DNA from: Octopus sinensis
Lineage: Eukaryota
NCBI RefSeq assembly: GCF_006345805.1
Contig: NC_043010.1
Location: 39,432,001-39,496,000, forward strand
Length of the DNA: 64,000 nucleotides
Reading direction: 5' to 3'
The notes under the pieces were generated by a model. That model searched no databases, had not been told where the DNA came from, and saw only the letters and a list, made by a program, of their open reading frames with translations. This document shows, one piece after another, positions 52,897 to 64,000 of the stretch. The translations under genes were made by a program, and so were the position numbers. Position 1 is the stretch's first letter. Each line of letters starts with the position of its first letter.

Positions 52897-53207
52897 CATA
52901 CATGCACACACACAGACACATATACATACATACACTCTCACAGACACACACACTCGCACACACATACATACAAGCGTACGCACATGCATACATACATATG
53001 TGGATGTGCACGCACGCTGACATATACGCATGCGTACAAAAAGAAAAAAGAAAGAATTTCCGATTAGGGACAGAATCAATGGGTATTGAAAAGTTTGAAA
53101 GTCGCATCGAAAATTAAAGTAAATGAGTAGATATTAGACCAGTGAATGTGTTAAATTAACAAGGCATGAAAAGAGAAATATATATGTATAATTTCCTTCT
53201 GTGGTAT

Positions 53208-53913
53208 TTATGATGGAGAAATACTGTCAGCAAATGGATGAAATGCAGGAGAAACTCCGACAACAACGGCCAGCATTGGTCAATAGAAAAGGACCAATTC
53301 TTTTCTACGACAACGTTCGGCCGCACGTCGCACAACTGACTCTGCAGAAGTTGAACGAATTGGGCTACGAAACTCTGCCTCATCCGTCACACTCACCAGA
53401 CCTCTCGCCTACCGATTACCACTTTTTTAAGCATGTCGACATCTTCCTGCGTGAGGAATGCTTCAAAAACCAAGATAATGCTAAACACGCCAACAACTTT
53501 ATCACAACCAGAACGCAGGATTTTTACGCTACTGGCATAAATAAACTTGTTTTGCATTGGCAAAAGTGTATTGATTCTGATGGTGTTTATTTCGGTAATT
53601 AAAGATTTGATTGAGCCGAGATATGTGCATCTGAATTTAAAGGTTAAAATCCACAAGAACTTTCTTGACAAACTAATATAATCCATCGCTCTCTTATATG
53701 TACCATTGTGGCACTCCGTCGGTTATGACGATGAGGGTTCCAGTTGATTCGATCAACGGAACAGCATGCTCCTGAAATGAACGTGCAAGTGGCTGAGCAC
53801 TCCACAGACACGTGTACCCTCAACGTAGTTCTCGGAGATTCAGCGTGATATATATTGTGAGAAGAGTGTCCCTTTGAAATTCAGGTACAACAGAAACAAG
53901 AATAAAGATTGTG
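53208..53913 (+). repeat. Inverted duplicate of 45867-46574 (mariner 3' end, spacer and SINE D tail)
   Basis: ORF 53201-53602 nearly equals the C-terminus of ORF 46180-46680. Homology runs through the TIR and the unique spacer into SINE D. Confidence 0.92.
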
Positions 53914-53943
53914 TGCCCATCGGTCCGTATACGTAACCACGCA

Positions 53944-53990
<47 letters not shown>

Positions 53991-54172
53991 GTATACATAC
54001 ATGCACACACACAGACACATATACATACATACACACTCACAGACACACACACAAACGCATATATTTGCATGCATACATATACGACAGACAGATATACAGA
54101 CACACACGCACACACACATACATACAAGCGTACGCACATGCATACATACATATGTGGATGTGCACGCACGCT

Positions 54173-54255
<83 letters not shown>

Positions 54256-54746
54256 TATATATATATACATACATATAAATATAATGGCTGTATATATTCG
54301 TACATCGTTTATCAAAGCAATAACATTTAAGATACCGGTACTTTGTTTCAGAAATTCTTAGTGCACTGCGGTAGTGAGATGTGCACGAACTGCAGAATTT
54401 GAACTGATGTTAAAAGGATTTCGAAAAAGAGAAAATGAAATCAAATTGTAATCCGTATAGAAATCTTTATTATAAATCGCAACAACAAGCGATAAACAAC
54501 ATCAACAAAATAATAAAACAACAACTCTAAATAAATTACGGAATATACCGAAATACCCGAGATATACCTGACAATGTTAAATGCATTGGAGTAAAGTATA
54601 ATATTCTTTATATGATATAATTTTAAATGCACTTACTGCATCATTCCTCTTGTAAAATATTTACATAAGAATATTATGAAATTCGTGGAAATCATACGAT
54701 TGCATCTGGGAACAAAGAGACAGAGATATAAAAACATATATATATA

Positions 54747-54787
<41 letters not shown>

Positions 54788-55108
54788 TGAATATAAACAT
54801 GCACGTATACATTTATAAGGAAGCTGCTGGGTACATATGCATTCCCTGTGCGTAAGAAAAAGCATCATAGGATGCAGAGATAAAGTAATGTTAGAGCGGT
54901 TTCAGCAAGAGCTTTATTGCTGAGTTTATCTATGTCCTAATACGTAATATTGATGCAGGAATGTATTCGTTATAAATGAGTAGATATGCTTACATTAAAA
55001 GATTGATGAATAAGAAAGTTTTTATATCAACCGATACGAAAGTTTTATTTTGTATCCTAAGAGATGTGAATTGCATTCTTTATATATATATGTATGTATG
55101 TATGTATG

Positions 55109-55244
<136 letters not shown>

Positions 55245-55481
55245 ATATATATTATACATATATATCTGTCAGTCTGTCTACCCATCTGTCTGTTTCTTTT
55301 GCACCGGTACCTGGATTTGTGAATATGTCTCTATTGAATGTTCCATAAATTTCATGAATACACTTAATAAATGTTTTGACAAGAATGTAGAAATATATTT
55401 GCGTATGAATGTAAATATGAACGTATGCATATAGTTATGCATATATATGTATCTCTCTTCCATTCTTTCTCTCTCTCTCTC

Positions 55482-55546
<65 letters not shown>

Positions 55547-55711
55547 GTAAAATAATATGTGACGATTATTCAATAGCCAAGATAAAACTGAGTTCCGGAT
55601 GCCGTGGTGGAAATCCACAACACCATATCTTCGGTCATCTGGCCATCTGAATTTCCTCTATTTACATAATATTGAGGTCTCTTTCTTTCTTTTATTATCT
55701 TACCGTTTTTA

Positions 55712-55787
<76 letters not shown>

Positions 55788-55831
55788 GTAAATTAAAGAA
55801 GGAAGATGGAATATACGAGTATTTTTTATGA

Positions 55832-55937
55832 ATCACGACAATTGTTTCGACACCTCTAGTATGCATGCCTCACGTGTGGAACACGTAACAACTGATTCAG
55901 GAGCATCTGGGAGAGCAGATGTGTCTTATCGGATGAT
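55832..55937 (-). ncRNA. Hammerhead motif with long stem-II insertion, mutated core (CCGATAA)
   Basis: atcat-ccgataa-gacac-[~65 nt]-gtgtc-GAAAC-aatt-GTC-gtgat; palindromic loop AATT. Confidence 0.6.
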
Positions 55938-56339
55938 AAATACACACAACGTGTTAAAATGTAATTTCAGTAATTAATCTTCTTACATCGTAGGCAGAAA
56001 CGTAGGGTACAAAACGAAGAAAATTTCTTCATTTACATAGAAGATCAAAAATAAAATCACAAAAGCGGTAACGAACATTAAAGTATTAAAAATAACCGTT
56101 AACAAATATGGACGTATAAACGCCCTGGCGCAAGCTGCATGGCGCGTGTACACCGCTCATACAACCATCCGCGAAGAGGTAAGCCAGACGCAAACGTGTG
56201 GTTTGGTGCACTCAGGATCACAAAGCAATTTAAATAGCTACTTATTGTTTATAAGAATCGGGAGATTAAACGTAAAGTTAGTTCATCCATACCTTAAAGT
56301 AAATTATGTTAATAGTTACTCAAATTCAATTCCACTGCA

Positions 56340-56930
56340 TTGTGCGAAAGCACATTGTAATGCGAGTAGGCATCTTGAGAGTCTTTCATAAATTCTATTA
56401 ATGATCTTCTCATTGGTCCACAGAATAGGCAGGGATTCCTCAGAACAGAGACGGTGTCTCCTGGAAATGATATTATATGGTTTCGCGTGATTTACTATGA
56501 ACAAACCTGCATTGTACTTAATTTTATCCTCTTTCAGTCACTATACAAAATCGGCCAAAGATGTTTAATGCCTCTTACTGATTCTCTTAAAGCTGGCGAC
56601 ATGGCTACGATAACGATTCTTAAAGGAATCTTAAAGAATCAGCTGTTTGACCAAAGTATATATACGACCCTCCCCTTGTGAGCAAGGTACATTTATATAG
56701 ATGTATATAGAGAGACAAATCGATTTCTGGTGCTAAGGAGGAGATAATTTCTCTGAAAGGCATGCACCCACCACTTTGATTAGAAACGGCGCTAGCTGCC
56801 AAAAGACTTCGTGTGCTTGCAACTATCTGTCTACAACGAGAAGTTTTGTCATGACAAAAGAGGGTGAATGACTTTCTTACGCGTTGGAATATGCCTCACG
56901 CGTATTTGAACCGTTAACAAGTTTTTAAAC
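56340..56930 (-). mobile_element. Penelope-like element GIY-YIG endonuclease remnant
   Basis: LYKCTLLTRGGSYIYFGQT, then NRYRSHVASFK..TSLADFV..LKEDKIKY..HAKPYNIISRRHRLCSEE..IIN..ERLSRC. This matches the PLE GIY-YIG C-terminus (RY..H..SF..LS.YVW.LK..AKPY....C.LC..EK). Confidence 0.8.
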
Positions 56931-57503
56931 ACACAAACACACACACACATTGTAAGTATGTATGTATGTATGTATGCATGTATGTATGTATATAGGTATG
57001 TGTAAGAATGTGTGTCTAATTATATTTTACTGAAGAAAATTGGTTGAGAACAATATCATGAATAAACGTACAACTTCTAATGAAGAGACACTACCACAAG
57101 CATAGAGTGGACTTCCTAATGTATTTCTCTTGGCAGTGTTTTTTAAATATCACTCCTTCGCCAGGCCTGACCACTTGTTGAATGAGACATAGCGCAAAAT
57201 ATGAGTCGCAATCAAATCTAATTCTATACTAGAAATATATAACAATAGCCAATACGTGTTTGTTGATCGATTGATTTCTGCTATCAAGTTTAACATCGTA
57301 GAGAGAAAGAAGGGAAAGCAAAGAAAGACACATATCGAGTTAATGTAAATGGTGCAAGATTAGTGCCCATATTATGCATGGTTTCAGGTTAGAAATAAAC
57401 TATCACCCCCTACACATGTATAAAGAGTATGGGAAAGAAAGAATTGTAGAGATACGAGAGGAATTTATTGTGAGTACACCCACACACATTTATATATACA
57501 TAC

Positions 57504-57553
<50 letters not shown>

Positions 57554-57577
57554 GTATGTATGTATGTATGCATGTAT

Positions 57578-57753
57578 GCAGGAGTTGCTGTGTGGTAAGT
57601 AGCTTGCTTACCAACCGCTTGATTCCGGGTTTAATCCCACTATGTGGCACCTTGGGCAAGTGTCTTCTACAATAGTCTCGTGCCGACCAAAGCCTTGTGA
57701 GTGAATTTGGTAGACGGAAACTTAAAGAAGCTCGTCGTATATGTGTATATGCA

Positions 57754-57792
<39 letters not shown>

Positions 57793-57925
57793 TTGTGTCT
57801 GTGTTTGCCAGCGCAACATCGTTTGACAACCGATGCTGGTGTGTTTACGTCCTCGTAACTTAGAGGTTCGACAAACGAGACCGATAGAATAAGTACTAGG
57901 CTTACAGAAAATAAGTTCTGGGGTT
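57578..57925 (+). mobile_element. SINE family A, 3' tail missing
   Basis: Family A head, body and microsatellite. Ends before the tail, next to a LINE fragment. Confidence 0.88.
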
Positions 57926-57949
57926 TAGCCTCTTAACTCTTTCAGCCTT

Positions 57950-58360
57950 TTCAAGTAGCTGTTGCTTCAAATTCCGCTGTTAATTTTACACTGTGGAGTG
58001 AGCATAGCTGGGAGCAATAATCCAGGCGACTGAGGAACATCGTGGTTTCCTTCTCTCTGGCTCTGAAGGTTCTCAGGATCCTTTCCGCCAGTCGTCTGCA
58101 CTTTGTCACCATCCTGGTAATGTGCACTTGGAAAGTGATATCGTCACTCATATCGATACCCAGGTCTCGCAAATCCCCTGTGGGCCAGTGTAACCTGAAA
58201 GTTTCATACTCAGTGTTGAGTTCTGGTAGCGCAGGGCTTGGAATTTTCCAGTATTGAATTGCATATTATTGTCCTCAGCCCATCTGTATATTGAATCCAA
58301 CTCCTGTTGCAGGTGTGCAATATCCCTGGGGTTCTGTATTGTCTGCGTGTATACCATGAG
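57950..58360 (-). mobile_element. CR1-group LINE RT fragment (inverted relative to the next element)
   Basis: LQQELDSIYRWAEDNNMQFNTGKFQ; RDLGIDMSDD..FQVHI; SRLDYCSQL. Confidence 0.88.
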
Positions 58361-58364
58361 TGGG

Positions 58365-59613
58365 TGTTGAAGCGTTTACTCGACAACTCCAATGTTGACG
58401 TCATGTACTTTGACTTTTCAAAAGCTTAAATCATGGTATGATAACCACAAACTGCACAACACTGACATAGCGACAAAACTTGGAGTGTGATTGCATGGCT
58501 TTCTGAAACATACAAGTCAAGCAATAGTGGCCAATGTAATAACTTCAAAGGAAACACACATAGTGAGTGGAGTTCCACAAGGCACTGTTTTGGGACCACT
58601 GCTTTTCATAGTGGCCCTCTCAGATATGCCTAGAGCTGCCCGGATAGTCATCCTTGATAGCAATGCAGATGACACGAATGTCTCACTGAAAATACAAAAC
58701 TCTAGTGATGCTGCACATCTGCAGCAGGAGTTGGACACAATTTACAGATATTCTGAGGACAATAAAATGCAGTTTAATGCGCTTCAGCACGCAAAAACTG
58801 ATCGAAAATCTTACAGGCTACACTGGACCAGTAGCGATTACTATCCCAGAAATTAAATTAGTGCGTGACCTGGATATCGACATGAGTGATGATACCTCTT
58901 TCCAAGTGCACATTACCAAGTTGGTGACATGTACAGACGGTTGGATGGATGGATCTTGAGAACCTTCAGAACCAGAGAGAAGGAAAACATAATGGTCCTC
59001 TGAAGGACATTTGTCCTCAGCCGCCTGGACTACGTCTCTCAAATACGGTCACCCCATAGTGTAAAATCAACAGCGGACCTTGAAGCAATCGAGCAAAGCT
59101 ACACAAAGATCGTTTCATTGCAACAGCTCAGGTACTGGGAAGGGTGAAACAGCTCAGACTCTACTCTCTTGAGCGAAGGCTGGAGAGATATGCAATGATA
59201 TACACCTGGAAGATCCTGGAGGGGATTGTGCCAAATTTTGGCATTGAAAGCTACTCAAATGCTAGAACGGGTGCCACTGCACAATGCCAAAGATCCCAAC
59301 AATGCCGCCGCGCTTCATGATCAGTTACTGCAACAGCCTGGGTATCAGGGGTCCACAGCTTGTTAATATTCTCTCAAGGAGCCTGAGGTACCTACACAAA
59401 GTAGATGTAGGTGTTTTCAAAACAAAACTGGACGTTTTCTTGTTGTGAGTCCCAGATGAACGTACTTCGCGTCAGGAGGCGCAAATGAAGGCAGCGACAT
59501 CAAACTCCCTTATTGACCAAATGCCACATATCAGAGGAGGCTCTCAATAATAACTGTAGCAAAACGCTGGAACACCAGCATGGCCACAGCTTTGAGCAGA
59601 AACCGATAAAAAA
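58365..59613 (+). mobile_element. 5'-truncated CR1-group LINE: RT to 3' end
   Basis: VDVMYFDFSKA, SGVPQGTVLGPLLF, NADDT, RDLDIDMSDD, LRLYSLERRLERYAMIYTWKIL, AATSNSLIDQ then stop and short tail ccagcatggccacagctttgagcagaaaccgataaaaaa. Confidence 0.9.
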
Positions 59614-60659
59614 TATGTATATGTAAATAAATTTCTCCATACCATTTTGTATGTATGCATATATGCATACGCACACTGATTGCACAGTATAACATGGTAA
59701 TAGAAATTGATATACGGCCTATTAAAAGTGAAAACACGATCATTTTGCTATATGGAAATGTGTTTTTCAACATTTGGGAAATAGGAATATTAAGCCTGAT
59801 AAACATCAGATATATCACAAAGTATTAGAAAGAAACAAACTATTGATATGTACTGAAAAGAATCACATCAAATTGTGGCTTTCATTTTCGATTGATATTG
59901 CTGTAGATATTGTGGAAGTGGTTTGTAAGAAATCAATATATTACATATAAATGAGACAAAGCTGAATAGGAAGATCCTTAATATCATGTGAAAATATTGT
60001 ATGACATTACAAAGTATGCATGTGTGAAATACGCCGCATTAAATGTAAGATATATTTTGAAAAGCATCTTCAACCGTTTGCAATCAATTGTGCGTGACGT
60101 TTCATGTGAAGTTTCTAGAGAATATTCGTGGATGAATAAATATAAATGAAGAATTTGCTACTTGTATTCTCAATTCCCTTCGCAAAATTTGAATATACGA
60201 AACACCGGAAGCTAAGAGGCTGCTGATCAGTTACACTGAGCTTACGTTGAATACAGAAATGAGAATGCATCTGCCATAAACAAACAAAATGAGGCAAAAA
60301 ACAGATCTGATGATGTTAAATCTACACCAATAAACAAATAAATAAAGAAAAATTAAAACAAAAATAGCAAAATGTATTTCCAATTATTGGCATGAAGTCA
60401 CCACAAGAACCATTGAATATACATTCAATAGTTTCACTATGCATATAAAGATAAGCCAGAGTGTGACTTGTAATATGACATGTCATTTTGGAGATACGCC
60501 TTTGGCTACATGGGTAATATCAGGAAATCTGTTATATGTACAATAATTATGATTAAATCCCTAAAACGTACAACAATCATTTAAATCTAAAAGCGTACAA
60601 TAATTTTTACCAAAAGAAGCACGTCATAAGAAATTGATAATACAGGTGGTTGGTTAGTA

Positions 60660-61800
60660 CTTTAACCTGATAATTTAGCACTTTAGGGTTAGGACATTTC
60701 TTCAAGAAATCTATAGAGACGAGGTGTTGTTTGTTAAAACCCTGCTCATGGAAAGTCCGGAGTGTACTATTTGTATATTAAATCCTTTCTTACAGATCGC
60801 CCGAAGGTGGATTGCAGCAGTTATTTTGTTTCTCGTTAAAATGTAACAGTTTCAAAAAACACATGTTATGCTTGGGTGTATAAGTTTTGTTAGGAGGTAC
60901 GGTGAAGTCCGGGCATTTAATGAAGTAAATTTGACAGCTATTCTTCATTAGGACTTTACGAAATTCTATGATGCTTTGCATCCGGCCTAGCTTCATTTAT
61001 TGCGCATCCTGTTGATCCCATTTCTAATGCAGGCCATCTTAGCTCCAATATGTAGAGATGAATTGTAATATAGAAATGGACCCCTATACATCACTTCTTT
61101 GTAAAACTTAGTGTGGATGAGTCCTTTTCAGTGATTGTAAGTTCAAAAACCAGCTGAGGTAAGGAACCAGTTTTATTGGGGTGAACTAAATTTTATTCTA
61201 TATTTTAACTCTCTCCGCGTGTGTAATAATTTTAGTTTGGTGAGATGTTATCCACATGACTGGCAAAAGAGCATAGAAATAACAGCTGAGGTACGCCCAT
61301 CGTTCTAACCGGTCTATGCTTGCGATGACCACTAGCCATGCACAAATGTGTGCCTAACGGTAGTCCAGAGATTCTTTGTAAAGGGATCTTTCGAAATGGA
61401 AAAGCAGTGTCTTGGATACCTGGAGTCGTGAGTCCAAAGCAGTTAAGTTTGTGAACAAAGCCAATGTGTTCATTTATTAAATTGAAAGGTGGGTTCGCTG
61501 AGATGGAGCTATAAAGGGAAACATTTCTAGGCTGAAAGAGTAGTTATTTTCATATAAATGTGGTATGGTTGGGATCTCATAGTTTGTTAAGAGTTTCGGT
61601 GGAACTTTCAACTTGTTCTGGGATAGTTTAAAGAAGTAGCTTCAGAATATCAAATAGAATCTAAGAGATTTCGCAGAAGGGTCCATCAATACCGGTGACA
61701 ATAGGTCTAATATTTCCATTTGACCCTAGATAATGTGTTTTCATTAGGAGTGAGAAGGTGGAGGATGTCCTTGCTTTTTGCTTTTTGAGCCAAAAAATTA
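60660..61800 (-). mobile_element. Penelope-like element reverse transcriptase remnant (element may extend to ~63000)
   Basis: Ordered motifs FSLLMKTH..NIRPIVTGIDGP, SL(D)VSLYSSI, QRISGLPLGT, SHVDNI (YVDD), RIKFS..SLP and FYKE..GPFLYYNSSLHIGAKMACIRNGINR, with many indels. Confidence 0.75.
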
Positions 61801-63249
61801 ACTTAACTTAACTTAACTTGTGGTGAACTTGCACCTTAGTTTGGTTTGAAAGTGCTCTCTTCAGAGATGTTTGTCCAACAAGTGTTTATTGTTGCTTCGT
61901 GCTCTTTAAAATTGATGATATTAACTTTTCATATCATGTACTGTTAGAATTCCTATTTCTCATCTATATTTATTTATCTGTAACAAAGAATACGTTCACT
62001 TTGAATAAAGGTAGTTCTTAAAGGTTTCTGTTTAAAGATGTGCTAATTAACCTATAGCTGGGGTCCTGAGGTACTACGAATCAGTGTCTTAGTAGCCCTG
62101 GAAAATGTGACTACGAGGTAATTCTCAACTTCTCAAAACCATTAGACTCCCGAACCGTGGCTCCGGCACTGGATGCAATTTAAACTCAATCTCTGATGAT
62201 TTGCTGATCAGCCCGAAACAACAAAACTAATTCGTTTTTGATTTGAATTGCTGTTAGAAGCTATCGGTCGCTAAACATGGAAGAAACGTCTTGGTGACCG
62301 AGTTGTGTTTTCATCCAGAAATTCCCATAGCCGGAAAAGACACGGTAAAACATTCAACCCGACGCTCGAAGAATTCTACCGACCCACACGGTTATACATA
62401 ACTTTTATTTAACCTGGTCACTGAGAAAAGCGAATGGGAAAATCAATCGCGTGGCATGCTTTGGAACTCCGAGATAGTAGTGTTGAGCTTACAATGTGTG
62501 CATATAAAATACAAGCAGTTGCAGTAGAATTCCTCCGAAAGATTTCTAGAGTAATGTTATTTGACAGAGTGCGTAGCTAGGAGATCAGGAAGTCTTTGCA
62601 CGTCAAATCGCTCTTTCATCGCATTGAGAGATCACTGCTCTTATATTATGGGTATGTTATTAGGATGTGGCAGGAAAGTATCACAAGGCGGAACCTTAAA
62701 GCCGATTCAACCGTCAGAGGACGTAGGAATAGACTAAGAACAAGGTGATTGTATGTTAACGATAGTCTGAGTTGATAACGATTGCTTCTGACAGAAACGT
62801 ACGGAGGGCGTGCCTGAGGACTGTAACATGCGCCTTTCGCAAGAAGAGAAGGCGGGAAAGGTGGATAAACAGGATATTTTTGCGAGTGAAGACATAGCAG
62901 AAAAGGACTGGATATAGCAGATAGAGTAGTTTGGAAAACAGAGAAGGACATTCTTGGAGGGTGTAAGTTTTGAGGCGGGAGATATAAACGAGATGGAATT
63001 AGCAGGTTATGACGGAAAGAATGTCACAATCAGGAAATCGACAACAACAGAATGTCCGTGTGATTATTCACATATTCGCCTATGCATATGAAAGGGAATA
63101 TTACATCTACATACACAGCATACAAATATCCACACAAGCACGCACACACACACACGCGCGCATACGCACATTATACAATATAGGCACAGTTGTCATGCAC
63201 GAAACTCTCTGGCTCAGAGACACTTTGTAATTTAGGTACATTACAATAA

Positions 63250-63440
63250 CAGTTTTCGGTACAGGCCTAGCAGTTTTTTTAGGAAAGGGGGAAATCAATT
63301 TCATCGATCCAAATATTTAGTTGGTACTTATTTTATCATCCCTGAATTTATGAAAGGTGAAGTGGACCTCGGCGATATTTGAATTCAGAACGTAAAGAGA
63401 GACAAAATGCTGCTAAGGATTCTGCCATCTCTCCACCTTA
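63250..63440 (-). mobile_element. SINE family B, diverged
   Basis: Degenerate core (atgaaaggtgaagtggacctcggcgatatttgaattcagaacgtaaag). Confidence 0.7.
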
Positions 63441-63535
63441 CTTCAGATTAAAATAATGGCTTAAAATTTTCGAACACAGCCAACAGATTCGTAGGAGGGG
63501 GCTAAGCTAATTGCACCAACACCAGTGCTGAGACG

Positions 63536-63753
63536 GTGGCAGAAACGTTAGCACGCGGGCAAAATGCGTAGCCGTATTTCGTCTGCCGTTACGTTTTGAG
63601 TTCAAATTCCGCCGAGGTCGACTTTGCCTTTCATCCTTTCGGAGTCGATTATATAAGTACCAGTTACGCACTGGGGTCGATATAATCGACTTAATCCGTT
63701 TTTCTGTCCTTGTTTGTCCCTTCTGTGTTTAGCCCCTTGTGGGTAGTAAAGAA
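63536..63753 (+). mobile_element. SINE family B, tail type 2, nested in an older minus-strand family B copy (63465-63860)
   Basis: Close match to the copy at 24160. The flanks on either side join into one continuous older copy. Confidence 0.88.
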
Positions 63754-64000
63754 CTTATTTTATTGATCCTAAAAGGATGAAAGACAAAGTCGACCGCGCC
63801 AGTACTTGAACACAGAACGTTGAATCAGACGAGATGCAGCGAAACATTTTGCCAGGTTTTCGTCATATTAAGGATTAAAAGAATAAAATATATTTACAGG
63901 GAAACTGCAAGCGGTGTACGTCATTGCCAGGCTGACAGTTTGCGCAAAAGAATTTTTGGAAACCAATTAATTAATTAAGAATGTGTTATTTGATATTAAA

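Noticed and set aside
55590-55640. CCGAAGA plus hairpin on the minus strand of a TA-bounded island
   Set aside because: Too many core deviations (U4C, GGAA instead of GAAA, no clear triplet).
62188-62245. CTGATGA...GAAAC on the plus strand
   Set aside because: No stem I pairing and antisense to the PLE remnant; probably chance.

Overview
AT-rich eukaryotic (metazoan) intergenic or intronic DNA with no recognisable intact host gene. Most ORFs in the supplied track are artefacts of (TA)n, (CA)n, (TATC)n and (AAT)n microsatellites. The SINE families and microsatellite load suggest an octopod cephalopod genome (inference, not verified). The window is a mosaic of transposable-element relics: four mariner copies plus Tc1/maT-like, pogo/Tigger-like and Merlin-like fragments; two non-autonomous Helitrons; a young GC-rich Tx1/L1-clade LINE sitting in (TATC)n; CR1-group LINEs; an RLE (R4/Dong-like) LINE end in (AAT)n; Penelope-like element (PLE) RT and GIY-YIG remnants; and at least four tRNA-derived SINE families. 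The most notable signals are: (i) about ten minimal type-I hammerhead ribozyme motifs from several families, three with apparently intact cores, mostly in short islands between (TA)n tracts, one directly downstream of a PLE GIY-YIG domain and one at the breakpoint of a fold-back palindrome; (ii) two SINE/LINE pairs with shared 3' tails, one involving the Tx1-clade LINE; (iii) a templated inverted duplication flanked by a direct duplication. All alignments and folds were done by eye, so boundaries are approximate.
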